The notes beneath the pieces were generated by a model. That model did no database searches. It was not told the origin of the DNA and was given only the letters and a program-made list of their open reading frames with translations. Shown piece by piece: positions 1 to 8,567 of a DNA stretch of 64,000 nt (the first letter of the stretch is position 1; every line of letters begins with the position of its first letter). The position numbers were made by a program, and so were the translations under genes. The stretch lies in the IMG/VR virus record IMGVR_UViG_3300028840_001395, positions 1-64,000 of that record. One strand, written 5' to 3'.

Positions 1-605
1 CCGACCTTCGTGGTCTGAGGCTCGGTGGCGGGGGCGGGTGGCGGAGCCGGGGTCTGGTACTCGACCTCGGTGGGGGGCTCCTCACTCACCGTCATCGTGG
101 CCTTCTCCGGCACCGGAGTGGAGGTGGCCTCTTCACCCGGAGCATAGGGCGCATCCTCGATGGGAGCGTCCACCGGGAGGGGGGGAGCGGTCTTGGTCGT
201 GGCCTGGGCCGGGTCGGGACGGGGCGGCGTGATGGCGGCAGCCTCTCGGGCCTCATCCTGGTGATTCTTGAACTTGTCCACCGAACCGACGATCTGCTCC
301 TCCTCGGAAGCCTCCTCCATCTGCATCGGCTCGCCCCGCTCGTTCCCCGCAGACTGGGCCGGACGCACCCGGACTCCGGCGGGCTGCGGGCGATACGTCG
401 AGGTCTGATCCTCGGCGGGCACGAGCCACCCAGCCCGGATACCTGCCTGCAACTGGGGAACCGTGTAGGTCTGGCCACCCCAGCGCATCACGGAGCCGTC
501 GAACTCCACGACGGTGCCCTCGGGGACATCCTGCTGAACCGCCCCCAGATGAACCTTGCTGGTGAAGCGGTAGGGCTTGAAAGTACCAGTCTCGAAATCC
601 GACAT
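1..605 (-). CDS. Hypothetical protein, Pro/Glu/Thr-rich C-terminal part, truncated at window edge
   Basis: ATG at 605 with GGAGGC upstream; frame MSDFETGTFKPYRFTSKVHLGAVQQD... stays open to base 1, so it is absent from the ORF track. Confidence 0.8.
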   Translation of the reverse strand, partial: MSDFETGTFKPYRFTSKVHLGAVQQDVPEGTVVEFDGSVMRWGGQTYTVPQLQAGIRAGWLVPAEDQTSTYRPQPAGVRVRPAQSAGNERGEPMQMEEASEEEQIVGSVDKFKNHQDEAREAAAITPPRPDPAQATTKTAPPLPVDAPIEDAPYAPGEEATSTPVPEKATMTVSEEPPTEVEYQTPAPPPAPATEPQTTKV

Positions 606-766
606 GACTCGCCTCCACGGTCAAATCCACTACATACTACCCCGGAAGTTCGGGGGGAGTTTCAGCTCAAGGTGGTTTAGTTTACCCCGACACCCGAAGG
701 TTGTCACGAATCCCAGCCTTAGATATCACGCAAAACCGGGCACGAAAGCCGGATGTCTCAATGATT

Positions 767-1150
767 TCAGGAACTTGCAAGAGGGGAGGTTCTCGGGATG
801 GTGTCGGGGATGCCCCGGTCAACCTCCAGGAGGTGCCATTTTTCCACCCCCAGGACTTCGATCAGGACGTTATGGGCAGCCATCGGGTCGCATTCTTCCC
901 CGTGAGTGAAGAAGTCACAGGCGACGTAGCCCTTCTCGGGCCAGGTGTGGATTGCGAAGTGAGACTCCTCGACCACGATGACCCCGGTGACGCCCTTGTG
1001 GTCGAACGTGTGAAAGACAGAATCGACGGCCTTGGCGTGAGCCACCCCGGCAGCCACGAGGAGGGCGTTCCGAAGCTGCTCTACATCACTGAGGAGGCTG
1101 GGATGGATACCCCAGTACTCTGCGAGGATGTGGGTGCTCTTGGTGTCCAC
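767..1150 (-). CDS. speD: Pyruvoyl-dependent S-adenosylmethionine decarboxylase family proenzyme (class 1b, SpeD/SpeH-like)
   Basis: HILAE, GVTGVIVVEE-SH self-cleavage site, IHTWPE.GY motifs; the usual FTCG reads FTHG. Confidence 0.88.
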   Translation of the reverse strand: MDTKSTHILAEYWGIHPSLLSDVEQLRNALLVAAGVAHAKAVDSVFHTFDHKGVTGVIVVEESHFAIHTWPEKGYVACDFFTHGEECDPMAAHNVLIEVLGVEKWHLLEVDRGIPDTIPRTSPLASS

Positions 1151-1186
1151 CTGCTCACCTCATACAAGACGGCAGGTATAGGAGAG

Positions 1187-1432
1187 CTAGCGGGCGTGGG
1201 CGACCCCTGCACTGGCCCACATCCGGGCCTCCTCGACCTTCTCGATGGCCAGCGTCAGTTCCCGGCTGGGGTTCGGACAGTGGATCATCAACTGGGTGGC
1301 GAACTCCATCGCCGCGTCCTGAATCGCCTTGTGATCTTCGACCTCCTCCTTGGAGGGGACCTTGTAGTACATCCGGTTCTTCAGGTCGGCATCGGTGATG
1401 GCTCTGTCACGAACGAACTTCCCGGCCATCAC
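1187..1432 (-). CDS. Small helical-hairpin protein resembling Acb2/Tad1-type nucleotide sponges
   Basis: 81 aa; CP.PSRELTLAIEKVEEARMWASAGVA resembles the RE.SLA.T.LEEA.MW hairpin of these phage proteins. Confidence 0.6.
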   Translation of the reverse strand: MMAGKFVRDRAITDADLKNRMYYKVPSKEEVEDHKAIQDAAMEFATQLMIHCPNPSRELTLAIEKVEEARMWASAGVAHAR

Positions 1433-2010
1433 ATCACCTCCCAGAGCTTCATCGGATTGTCGATGGTGTCATCCAGGCTCAGATCCTTGGGATACTTGCC
1501 GCTCCAGCGAGCGGCGAAGGGGTCAACCCCAATGCCGTCTGCGTCCATGTTGTCCGGGTGCAGCACACCACTCCCGACCAGCTTCAGATGCTCCACGTCC
1601 TCGGAAGTGAGGGTGAGAGTCGAGTAGGGATCACACTTCACCCCCCAAGTCCACTCCTCACCGTCATCGCTGTAGGGAACCGGCACGGGATCCTCGGTGG
1701 CGATGCAGACCTCGTTCTCGGTTCCCTGATCTGCGATGGTGCCGTCAGGCTCGACCACCCGGAAGATGTCACCCGTGCGAAGGGCGCTGAACCGTGTTCG
1801 ATGCCAGCAGACGACGCCCTCGGCGTCCATGTAGGCGATGTCGGCACCCCGGATCTTGAGGGACGACCCTGACCAGCCCGGATTCGGGGTGACCTTGATG
1901 TTGATCTTCTTGGGCGGCGACTCCTTGGCGTCCAGCTTGACCGGAAGGAGTCCGGCTCCGCCCAGCACCATCAGGCTGCCCAGAAATCCTCGACGGGTCA
2001 TGTCAGGCAT
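1429..2010 (-). CDS. Hypothetical protein with twin-arginine (Tat) signal peptide
   Basis: N-terminus MPDMTRRGFLGSLMVLGGAGLL..LDA; GGAGG RBS. Confidence 0.7.
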   Translation of the reverse strand: MPDMTRRGFLGSLMVLGGAGLLPVKLDAKESPPKKINIKVTPNPGWSGSSLKIRGADIAYMDAEGVVCWHRTRFSALRTGDIFRVVEPDGTIADQGTENEVCIATEDPVPVPYSDDGEEWTWGVKCDPYSTLTLTSEDVEHLKLVGSGVLHPDNMDADGIGVDPFAARWSGKYPKDLSLDDTIDNPMKLWEVM

Positions 2011-2034
2011 CGGTCACCTCCTCCCTGATTATAC

Positions 2035-2775
2035 CTACCCGAAAACGATGCGGGCCATGATCATCTGCCAGCCCCGATTGCTACTCCGATAGACGTGGAA
2101 CACCTCGTCGGGAAAGCTCTTGAGACCACATAGCTTTCCCAACGCCTCCCTGAAAGATTCCCGGCATTGCTGGATGGTTCTGCCATGCGAGGACCGGAAA
2201 ACCATGTTCAGGACCAGGAGGAATCGGCCCGTCTTGACCACCTGATCCTGGGCGAAGTGGACGAATGGGGCGCACCGCTGCAAGAGATGATGGTCACCCG
2301 TGGAGTAGTAGGAGTCCGCGATCAGGACACCAGTTCGTTCCAGCTCGGGCGTGAACAGGTAGTCCTCCAGCATCCCATAGAGCCACTGGGCTGTCCCCTC
2401 CTTGGTCTCCTTGGAGAAGAAGTCGGCGTTGTCACGGAGGATACCCTTCTTGACCGGATCGCGGACATGGACGTAGGTAGGGTCCGAATTCGCGGGGAAA
2501 GCAATGGTCAGCGGCTCCGTCCAACTGTCCTTGATCTGATTCTGGGGGACGACCACCAACACACCGTCGATCTCGCCCGACCGAATGAGGTCTTCAGCCA
2601 CCGTCCGGCAGATGATCGACTTCCCAGAGCCCATCTGGCTGCACAGGATGGCGTCTTTCTGATCGGGGTCCGACAGGTCAGCCCGCAGAAACTCTACCGC
2701 GTCTTCCTGGTATCCCCGAAGTGTGATGGAGGCCCCGAAGAGAAGATCTTCCAGCATCTCGAAGGCGTCGCGCAT
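2035..2775 (-). CDS. Truncated/degenerate SF2 helicase N-terminal domain
   Basis: Q motif LRGYQEDAV, Walker A QMGSGKS, motif Ia VVVP; Walker B-like position reads LIADS; no helicase C domain. Confidence 0.6.
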   Translation of the reverse strand: MRDAFEMLEDLLFGASITLRGYQEDAVEFLRADLSDPDQKDAILCSQMGSGKSIICRTVAEDLIRSGEIDGVLVVVPQNQIKDSWTEPLTIAFPANSDPTYVHVRDPVKKGILRDNADFFSKETKEGTAQWLYGMLEDYLFTPELERTGVLIADSYYSTGDHHLLQRCAPFVHFAQDQVVKTGRFLLVLNMVFRSSHGRTIQQCRESFREALGKLCGLKSFPDEVFHVYRSSNRGWQMIMARIVFG

Positions 2776-2820
2776 GATGACCCCGCAGAATTCCTCTGCG
2801 AGATACTACCCTTTCCCTGA

Positions 2821-2859
2821 GAAAAGAAACCGCCCCCCGGCCCGCGAGCCGGGGGGCGG
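2821..2859 (-). terminator. Rho-independent terminator after major capsid gene
   Basis: Perfect 12-bp stem ccgccccccggc/gccggggggcgg (2830-2841/2848-2859) followed on the minus strand by TTTCTTTTC. Confidence 0.88.
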
Positions 2860-2890
2860 CGAAAGCACTAGAAGCTCAGGTGCCGGTCAG

Positions 2891-3766
2891 CTACCGGGTG
2901 ATCGTGAGCCGGGTCAGACCACGGGGGTTGTAGGCCCCGATGCCCAGGTTCTCGAACACGCTGAAGCCGATGGTCCGCGCCTTCGGGTCGTCGGCGGAGA
3001 GCACGGTCAGCTCGGTGCGGACCGGAATCCGACCGAACATCTCGGGCTCGCAGCAGACGTAAACCGTCCCGACCGGAACCAGGCGGCTCGTCACGATCTG
3101 GGCTCCCCAGAGGGTCGCCATCAGGCCGGTCTTGAGCAGGGTCGCCTGGGTCTCGATGTCGAGGATGTCACGCCCGAACTTGCGGAGGTCGGCGTAGTCC
3201 CTCGCGTTCATGTACACGCGCGCGACCCGGAGGTCGTGGCGCTCGATGAGCGCGAAGGCGTCGGCCAGCACGGCACCGGACAGGGGAGCCACGACCGGGA
3301 TGTCGGGGTTCATCTGCGCCGGGAGGCTGTCGAAGCCCGCCGTGGCGATGCTGTCGAGGATGGCGAAGACGCGCTCGTCCTCGGCGGCCTGGATCTGGGC
3401 GCGAGCCAGATCCTGCGCCCGCTCGATGAGGTCGAAGCGACGCTCCTTGATCTGCGTCAGCGGGATCTCGGGGTTGCTGGCGACCTCGAACAGGGGGAAG
3501 ATCACGCGCCGGGGCTTGGTCACGGCGAGGATGTTCTCGCCCTCCTCGCCCACGATGTACGCGGTCACGTCCGGGTCCTTGTCGTAGATCGGCAGGGCAC
3601 CGTCCGGGAGCTGCTCCACCAGGAACGTCTTGCGTCCCACGGCGGCGTAGTCCCGACGAGTGCGGAGGGGCTGCGTCATCGACGCGGCGAGCTTCGCCCG
3701 ACCCTGCGGGGTCTTGACGTACTCACCGATGATGCGCTGCTTGACTGCGTTGCTCACGTTTGCCAT
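2891..3766 (-). CDS. Major capsid protein (HK97 fold)
   Basis: 291 aa, strongly biased codons; GRAKLAASM.QPLR..RDY..VGRK.FLV..LP.GALPIYDKD and terminal E.LGIG..NPRG typical of large-myophage MCPs; located after protease and scaffold, followed by terminator. Confidence 0.85.
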   Translation of the reverse strand: MANVSNAVKQRIIGEYVKTPQGRAKLAASMTQPLRTRRDYAAVGRKTFLVEQLPDGALPIYDKDPDVTAYIVGEEGENILAVTKPRRVIFPLFEVASNPEIPLTQIKERRFDLIERAQDLARAQIQAAEDERVFAILDSIATAGFDSLPAQMNPDIPVVAPLSGAVLADAFALIERHDLRVARVYMNARDYADLRKFGRDILDIETQATLLKTGLMATLWGAQIVTSRLVPVGTVYVCCEPEMFGRIPVRTELTVLSADDPKARTIGFSVFENLGIGAYNPRGLTRLTITR

Positions 3767-3781
3767 CGGTTACTCCCTCCC

Positions 3782-4474
3782 TCAGATGCGCTGGTCGTAG
3801 ACCAGTTCGGTCTGGACCGCATCCGGCGGCATCTTGAGGATGCCGATGACGGTGGACTGGTTGTCCGCCCCAGCCACGAAGGACTGCGCCGCGACGGCCT
3901 GCGAGTCGGTCGAGCTGATGGCGGGGCCTGCGATGACCTGCTCGGCGGGCATCAGGAAGCCGTTCCGGGACGAGATGAGCCGCATCCCCGTGGTGTACAC
4001 GAGCGCGGTTCCCGCGACCGGAGCGCCGCCGACGCCGTTGCCGATCATGGCCGTCTCGTAGAGCGCGTTGCCGTAGGTGCCCTGGGAGGACATGTACGGC
4101 CCCTTGCCCGACGCAACGCTCGGAAGGTTCTCGTAGGCGTGGCCATTGGCATCGTTGATGAAGCATCCGAGGACATCATACCCGATGGCCTGCGTCAGGT
4201 CCGCCGCGATGGCGGTCTGCACGGCATTCGAGCCCGGTCCTCCGATGAAGTTGCTCCCCGCGTCGGGCCGCGTGAACGCCACCGAGCCGGAGAGGACACC
4301 CGTCAGAGAGGTGTCAACCCGAGTCGAGACGTTGGTGGCGACCGCCGGGGGGTTGGTCTGGGTGAACGCATCGTCCGTCAGGACACCCACGGTGTTCCGC
4401 ACGCCAGCGTGCAGAAGCCGGAGCATCGAGGAACTCTCCGTCCAACCACCCGAAGCCTGTCCAAGCAGTGGCAT
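3782..4474 (-). CDS. Putative capsid decoration/cement protein
   Basis: Gly/Ala/Thr-rich 230 aa immediately upstream of MCP; C-terminal VIGILKMPP strand pattern. Confidence 0.6.
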   Translation of the reverse strand: MPLLGQASGGWTESSSMLRLLHAGVRNTVGVLTDDAFTQTNPPAVATNVSTRVDTSLTGVLSGSVAFTRPDAGSNFIGGPGSNAVQTAIAADLTQAIGYDVLGCFINDANGHAYENLPSVASGKGPYMSSQGTYGNALYETAMIGNGVGGAPVAGTALVYTTGMRLISSRNGFLMPAEQVIAGPAISSTDSQAVAAQSFVAGADNQSTVIGILKMPPDAVQTELVYDQRI

Positions 4475-4621
4475 GTTTCCTCCTCGCCGTCTGCTCCCTG
4501 TTTACAGGGCCTGGTGGTGGGGCCGTTTCTTACGACCCCGGTTTTCCAACCCACGGCGGTTTCGCGGAACCTCCGTGGAACTGCGTGGGACTCTCATCCC
4601 TTCTACATCTATGCCCATTTA

Positions 4622-4637
4622 ATAGAGCGACTATTGA
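4622..4637 (-). promoter_or_regulatory. Putative late promoter TCAAT-N7-CTAT
   Basis: One of 8-9 similar motifs upstream of structural genes; overlaps a 10-bp inverted repeat. Confidence 0.65.
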
Positions 4638-4655
4638 GAAAAGTCGCTCTACCGA

Positions 4656-4690
4656 GGGGTCAGGGCCGAGAAAGTTGTGGCCCTGACCCC
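4656..4690. repeat. 12-bp inverted repeat (hairpin) after scaffold gene
   Basis: ggggtcagggcc (4656-4667) / ggccctgacccc (4679-4690); no U-tract. Confidence 0.75.
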
Positions 4691-4703
4691 CGGAGAGAAC
4701 CTG

Positions 4704-6335
4704 CTACTCGGCGGAGCCCTTGACGCCGAAGACGCTGCTCACGTCCGGCTCGGAGTCCCAGAGCTGCGACAGCTCGTTGACCTCGTTGCCCCCGGCGGGG
4801 GCGGGCTGGACGTGCCCGACCTTGGCGACGCCCTTGGACGCCTTCTTGGGCTGCGGGCGCTGGGTGGCCTTCTTCTTGCCGCCCTCCTTCTCGTCCTTGT
4901 CCTTGGCCTCTTCCTCGTCCTCTTCCTGGATGGTCTCGGCGGCCTCTTCCTCGGCCTCCTCCTCATCCTCCTTCTTCTCTTCCTCGTCCTCGGACTTCTT
5001 GGACGCGACGCGCTCGATGTCGCCGCCGAAGATGTCCATCAGGAGCGAGTCGTCCTCGGTGATGACCGAGTCCTCGGTGGCCAGGCCCATCGGGTCGCCC
5101 TGCATCGAGAACATGTCGGCCTCGACGCTGGACTCCTTGTCGGAGTCCTCATCGGCCTCCTCGTCCTGGTCGTCGTCGCCGTTGTCGTCGCCGTTGTCGT
5201 CGTCCTCGTCATCCTCGGACTTCTTCTTGGCGGCCTCCTTGTCGGAGCTGTCGTCGTCCTCGTCATCCTCGGACTTCTTGGCGGACATGATCTCCATGCC
5301 CTCCTCGATCATCTCCTCCATGCCCTCGACGCCATCGTCCTCGTCCATCATCTCGGCCAGCATGGCGGCCTCGTCCGGATCGAGGTCGGTGTAGAGGTCA
5401 TCGACCATCACGTCCTGGGCGTAGAAGGAAGCGACCACCTCATCGCGGGCGATGATGCCGTCACCGTCGGTGTCGAGGCTGGCGAACACGGCCTTGCTTC
5501 CGCGCCACTCGTCCTGGCTGACGAAGCCATCGTTGTCCGTGTCGAACTGGTCGAACATCACGGCGATGGGGTTGTCCGGGCTGGCGGTGTGCTCGTCCTT
5601 CGCGGTCGCGGCACCCTCGGCACGCTCCTGCTCCTCGGTCTGGGGCTTGGGAGCGAGGGTGTCACCCTTGGGGTCGTTCTGGTCGGCGTTCTTGAGACCC
5701 TTCACCTCGGCGGTGAGGGCTTCGAGCTTCGCCATCACGGACTCGGCGGAGTACTTGGGGCCGCAGGCCATCTCGACGTCCTCCTCGACCTCGACCTCCT
5801 CGTCGTCCTCGGCCAGAAGCGCATCGACCATCTCGTCCTCGACCATGACCTCATCGTCCAGCATCAGGTCATCCTGGGCGAGGAAGCCGCCACCGAGGCG
5901 CTCCAGGGTCTTGTTGAGCTGCTCGTCGGGCATGTCCATGTAGTCGAGGGCCTGGTCCTCGACCATCTCGGTCGAAGCCTCCTTGCCCAGCGTGTGGCGG
6001 GCGAGGCGGATGCACTTGTCGGCCTTCTTGACGACCTGGGCGCGGAGGCTCTTGGCCGACTTCGGCAGGCGCGGCTGACGCTTGTGCGCCGGGTGATCCT
6101 GATCCTCGACATCGTAGCCAGGGTCTGCCGGAGGGTTGCCGTCCGGATAGGGCGGCGGATGGACATCCTCGGCCCACGAGGACGTGTCACCGTTCTCGTA
6201 CTGGCTGGCCTCGGGGTCCTCCTGGGTGTGCGCCGGGTGGCCCTGATCCTCTGTCCCGTAGCCAGGGGTTGCGGGCGGAGCAGACGCCTTGCGATCTGTC
6301 GCCTGCCGCCTCGTCATGCGGTTACGCTTGCTCAT
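4704..6335 (-). CDS. Acidic scaffold-like head protein with EF-hand pair
   Basis: Between protease and capsid genes; very D/E-rich; DTDNDGFVSQDE and DTDGDGIIARDE canonical EF loops. Confidence 0.65.
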   Translation of the reverse strand: MSKRNRMTRRQATDRKASAPPATPGYGTEDQGHPAHTQEDPEASQYENGDTSSWAEDVHPPPYPDGNPPADPGYDVEDQDHPAHKRQPRLPKSAKSLRAQVVKKADKCIRLARHTLGKEASTEMVEDQALDYMDMPDEQLNKTLERLGGGFLAQDDLMLDDEVMVEDEMVDALLAEDDEEVEVEEDVEMACGPKYSAESVMAKLEALTAEVKGLKNADQNDPKGDTLAPKPQTEEQERAEGAATAKDEHTASPDNPIAVMFDQFDTDNDGFVSQDEWRGSKAVFASLDTDGDGIIARDEVVASFYAQDVMVDDLYTDLDPDEAAMLAEMMDEDDGVEGMEEMIEEGMEIMSAKKSEDDEDDDSSDKEAAKKKSEDDEDDDNGDDNGDDDQDEEADEDSDKESSVEADMFSMQGDPMGLATEDSVITEDDSLLMDIFGGDIERVASKKSEDEEEKKEDEEEAEEEAAETIQEEDEEEAKDKDEKEGGKKKATQRPQPKKASKGVAKVGHVQPAPAGGNEVNELSQLWDSEPDVSSVFGVKGSAE

Positions 6336-7950
6336 GGTCTCCTCCTTGAGCTTCCCTTGACCCTCCCGAGGCCCTTCCCCTGGAGAGCAACTTGCTTAGA
6401 CGAAGAATAGTCTTGGATTCAGAAAGCGACGGCTCACGACCCATCGCGGTCGCACAGGCGCTCCTGAAATCCTCGACGGTGCGGTACTTGGTGTGGCGGC
6501 CAACTTCGAGGGCCACCCTGTAGATCGGAACGGGCACCTGGATGCCCGCACGAGCGTTGAACGAAGCCACGGCCTCCAGAAGCTCCACATCAGACCTCGC
6601 GGTCTTGGCCAGAGCATCCAGGCCAGCCAGGTAAGCCCGGCGGATTCTGGTGTTGGCCTCCTTGACCACGTTGTCATTGGGGGCCATCGAGGAATCTTCC
6701 AGGGCTTCGTCCACCGTGTCCTGGCGGAGCTTGTCCTTGATACGGGTCTTCACCCGGTCGAGAACGAACTGCTCCAGCTCCTGCTCGACATCTTCGAGCG
6801 GGGCCTTCGGTTCCTCCGCCTCGTCACCACCCTCATCTTCACCACCCTCGTCCTCGTCCATCCAGCCCGAGAGGAAGCCGTTGGCCTGGATCGGGTCGGT
6901 GATGGTGAACTTCTGACGGGCGGGGGTCTCGAACGTGGTTGAGATGATATCGGCACCCTTGGATGCCTGGCTGGCAAGCTGGGCGTCGCTCTGGGCCACT
7001 CGATCAGGAATGACAGCATCCGAGAATCGAGTGGGGACGACGCCTTCGGCCAGGTTGGCAGCCTTGAGCTGAGCGTCCGGCGACCACTCGGGCGGCGGAC
7101 TGGCCAGAACCTTGGCTGCCCGGCTGGTGATCTCCGGCGTCGGCTCCAAGATGTTTCGCATGACCGCGCCCGTGAAGGCCGGGACACCGACCCAGGAACC
7201 CTCCACGAACATCACGCCGCCCGTGGGGTCGAGATCCTGGTGCCCACACAGCTCCGCGATGAGGTGGCGTCCGCCCTGCTCATCGAAGAAGGTGTTGCCC
7301 TTCATATACTTGATATGAGGGCACATCTCGGTTTCGTCGGCTGCCCAGTGACCACACTTGGTGCAGATGGTGCCATCGACGGTGCAGCCCATTGACAGGG
7401 TGCCCATCTTGCCGTTCTCGATGGCCTTGATCAGCTCGGTGTGCTTGCGGTCGGTGGCGATGAGGATATCCACGTAGATCGAGTCCCCGATGTCGCGTGC
7501 GACGGCATCGATGATGCGACCCTTGGACAGCTCCTCGACCTGGACGTGCTCCACGAAGTTGTGGGCACCCACGAACGTCGGGTACGCCTTGGCCAGAACA
7601 TCACGGTTCCAGGCGTCCTTGTTGTTGTTGATGTACTTCTGGGTGCCCGGCGTGATGCGGAAATCCGGGTAGCGCAGATCCACCTTGAACCCATCCACGA
7701 CCTGGGAGCCCCTCTTGGTTCCCGGCGGAGTCACCGAGTCCACGGAGGCGATGATGGTGGCGTGGGTCAGGAGGAAGTCCTTGGGGCTGAAGGGCTTGGA
7801 GAAGAACTCGGAAGCCCGCTCGATGAGGTTGTCCTTCAACCCCTCTGCGGCGATCTTGGTGCCCTTCCCGGCGACCCGGATGTTCGCCCACTGGGTCTTG
7901 CTCACCGAAGGGTGAACCAGATGGGCGTCAGCGGTCTTGGGCATCGCCAT
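6322..7950 (-). CDS. Prohead maturation protease (HK97/assemblin-like) with Zn-binding insert
   Basis: NFVEH, GRIIDA, LSMGC, CTKCG..CPH, FVEGSWVGVPAF motifs; ATG at 7950 overlaps upstream stop. Confidence 0.8.
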   Translation of the reverse strand: MAMPKTADAHLVHPSVSKTQWANIRVAGKGTKIAAEGLKDNLIERASEFFSKPFSPKDFLLTHATIIASVDSVTPPGTKRGSQVVDGFKVDLRYPDFRITPGTQKYINNNKDAWNRDVLAKAYPTFVGAHNFVEHVQVEELSKGRIIDAVARDIGDSIYVDILIATDRKHTELIKAIENGKMGTLSMGCTVDGTICTKCGHWAADETEMCPHIKYMKGNTFFDEQGGRHLIAELCGHQDLDPTGGVMFVEGSWVGVPAFTGAVMRNILEPTPEITSRAAKVLASPPPEWSPDAQLKAANLAEGVVPTRFSDAVIPDRVAQSDAQLASQASKGADIISTTFETPARQKFTITDPIQANGFLSGWMDEDEGGEDEGGDEAEEPKAPLEDVEQELEQFVLDRVKTRIKDKLRQDTVDEALEDSSMAPNDNVVKEANTRIRRAYLAGLDALAKTARSDVELLEAVASFNARAGIQVPVPIYRVALEVGRHTKYRTVEDFRSACATAMGREPSLSESKTILRLSKLLSRGRASGGSREAQGGDHEQA

Positions 7951-8549
7951 CAGAGCGCCTCCAGCAGATCGGGGTCGGGCTGGAACTCCACGTAGGACGG
8001 ATCTCCCAGAATGTCCTCCCGCTTGATGAGGAACAGGCAGTTCCCGCATCCCAGCAGGGGGACACTCTGTCCGCTGCGCCGCTTGTAGATGGCCTTCCTC
8101 AGTGCCTCCTGCTTGCACTTGGGGCACAGGTAGCTGCCGGAGTCCAACTCCCCCTGCGTCGCCTTGTACTGCCGGTCGGCAGAAGCCCAGTAGATGGCCT
8201 TCTTGACGAAGGCTCGGGCCACCCGCTCACGGGTGTTGTGGTCAGACGAAGTGTGGGGGAGCTTGTCGGGGCCACCAGGGACATCCACCGTACCTGCTCC
8301 ACCGGGGATGTTGTCGTCCCCGACCTCGGGGGGCTGGTAGTCCTTGGACTCATACCGCTGGAGATCCTCGACAGCCATACGGGCGGAACCTGTGGAGAAC
8401 TCCACATCCACCATGCCGATTGCAGGCCAGACGGCCTGCACTCTCCCGCTCTGGGCCGCGTGCTCCAGGATGGGATACACGATGTCCCCGACCTGGAACT
8501 CCTTGGCCCGGCGCTGGTAATCGACGTATGCCTGCTTGGTCTTCGGCAC
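7950..8549 (-). CDS. Hypothetical virion protein, SH3-like N-terminus plus C4 zinc ribbon
   Basis: FQVGDIV..GRVQAVW; CPKC...CGNC; carries RERVARAFVKKA motif. Confidence 0.7.
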   Translation of the reverse strand: MPKTKQAYVDYQRRAKEFQVGDIVYPILEHAAQSGRVQAVWPAIGMVDVEFSTGSARMAVEDLQRYESKDYQPPEVGDDNIPGGAGTVDVPGGPDKLPHTSSDHNTRERVARAFVKKAIYWASADRQYKATQGELDSGSYLCPKCKQEALRKAIYKRRSGQSVPLLGCGNCLFLIKREDILGDPSYVEFQPDPDLLEAL

Positions 8550-8567
8550 GAGTATCTCCGAAGGCTG

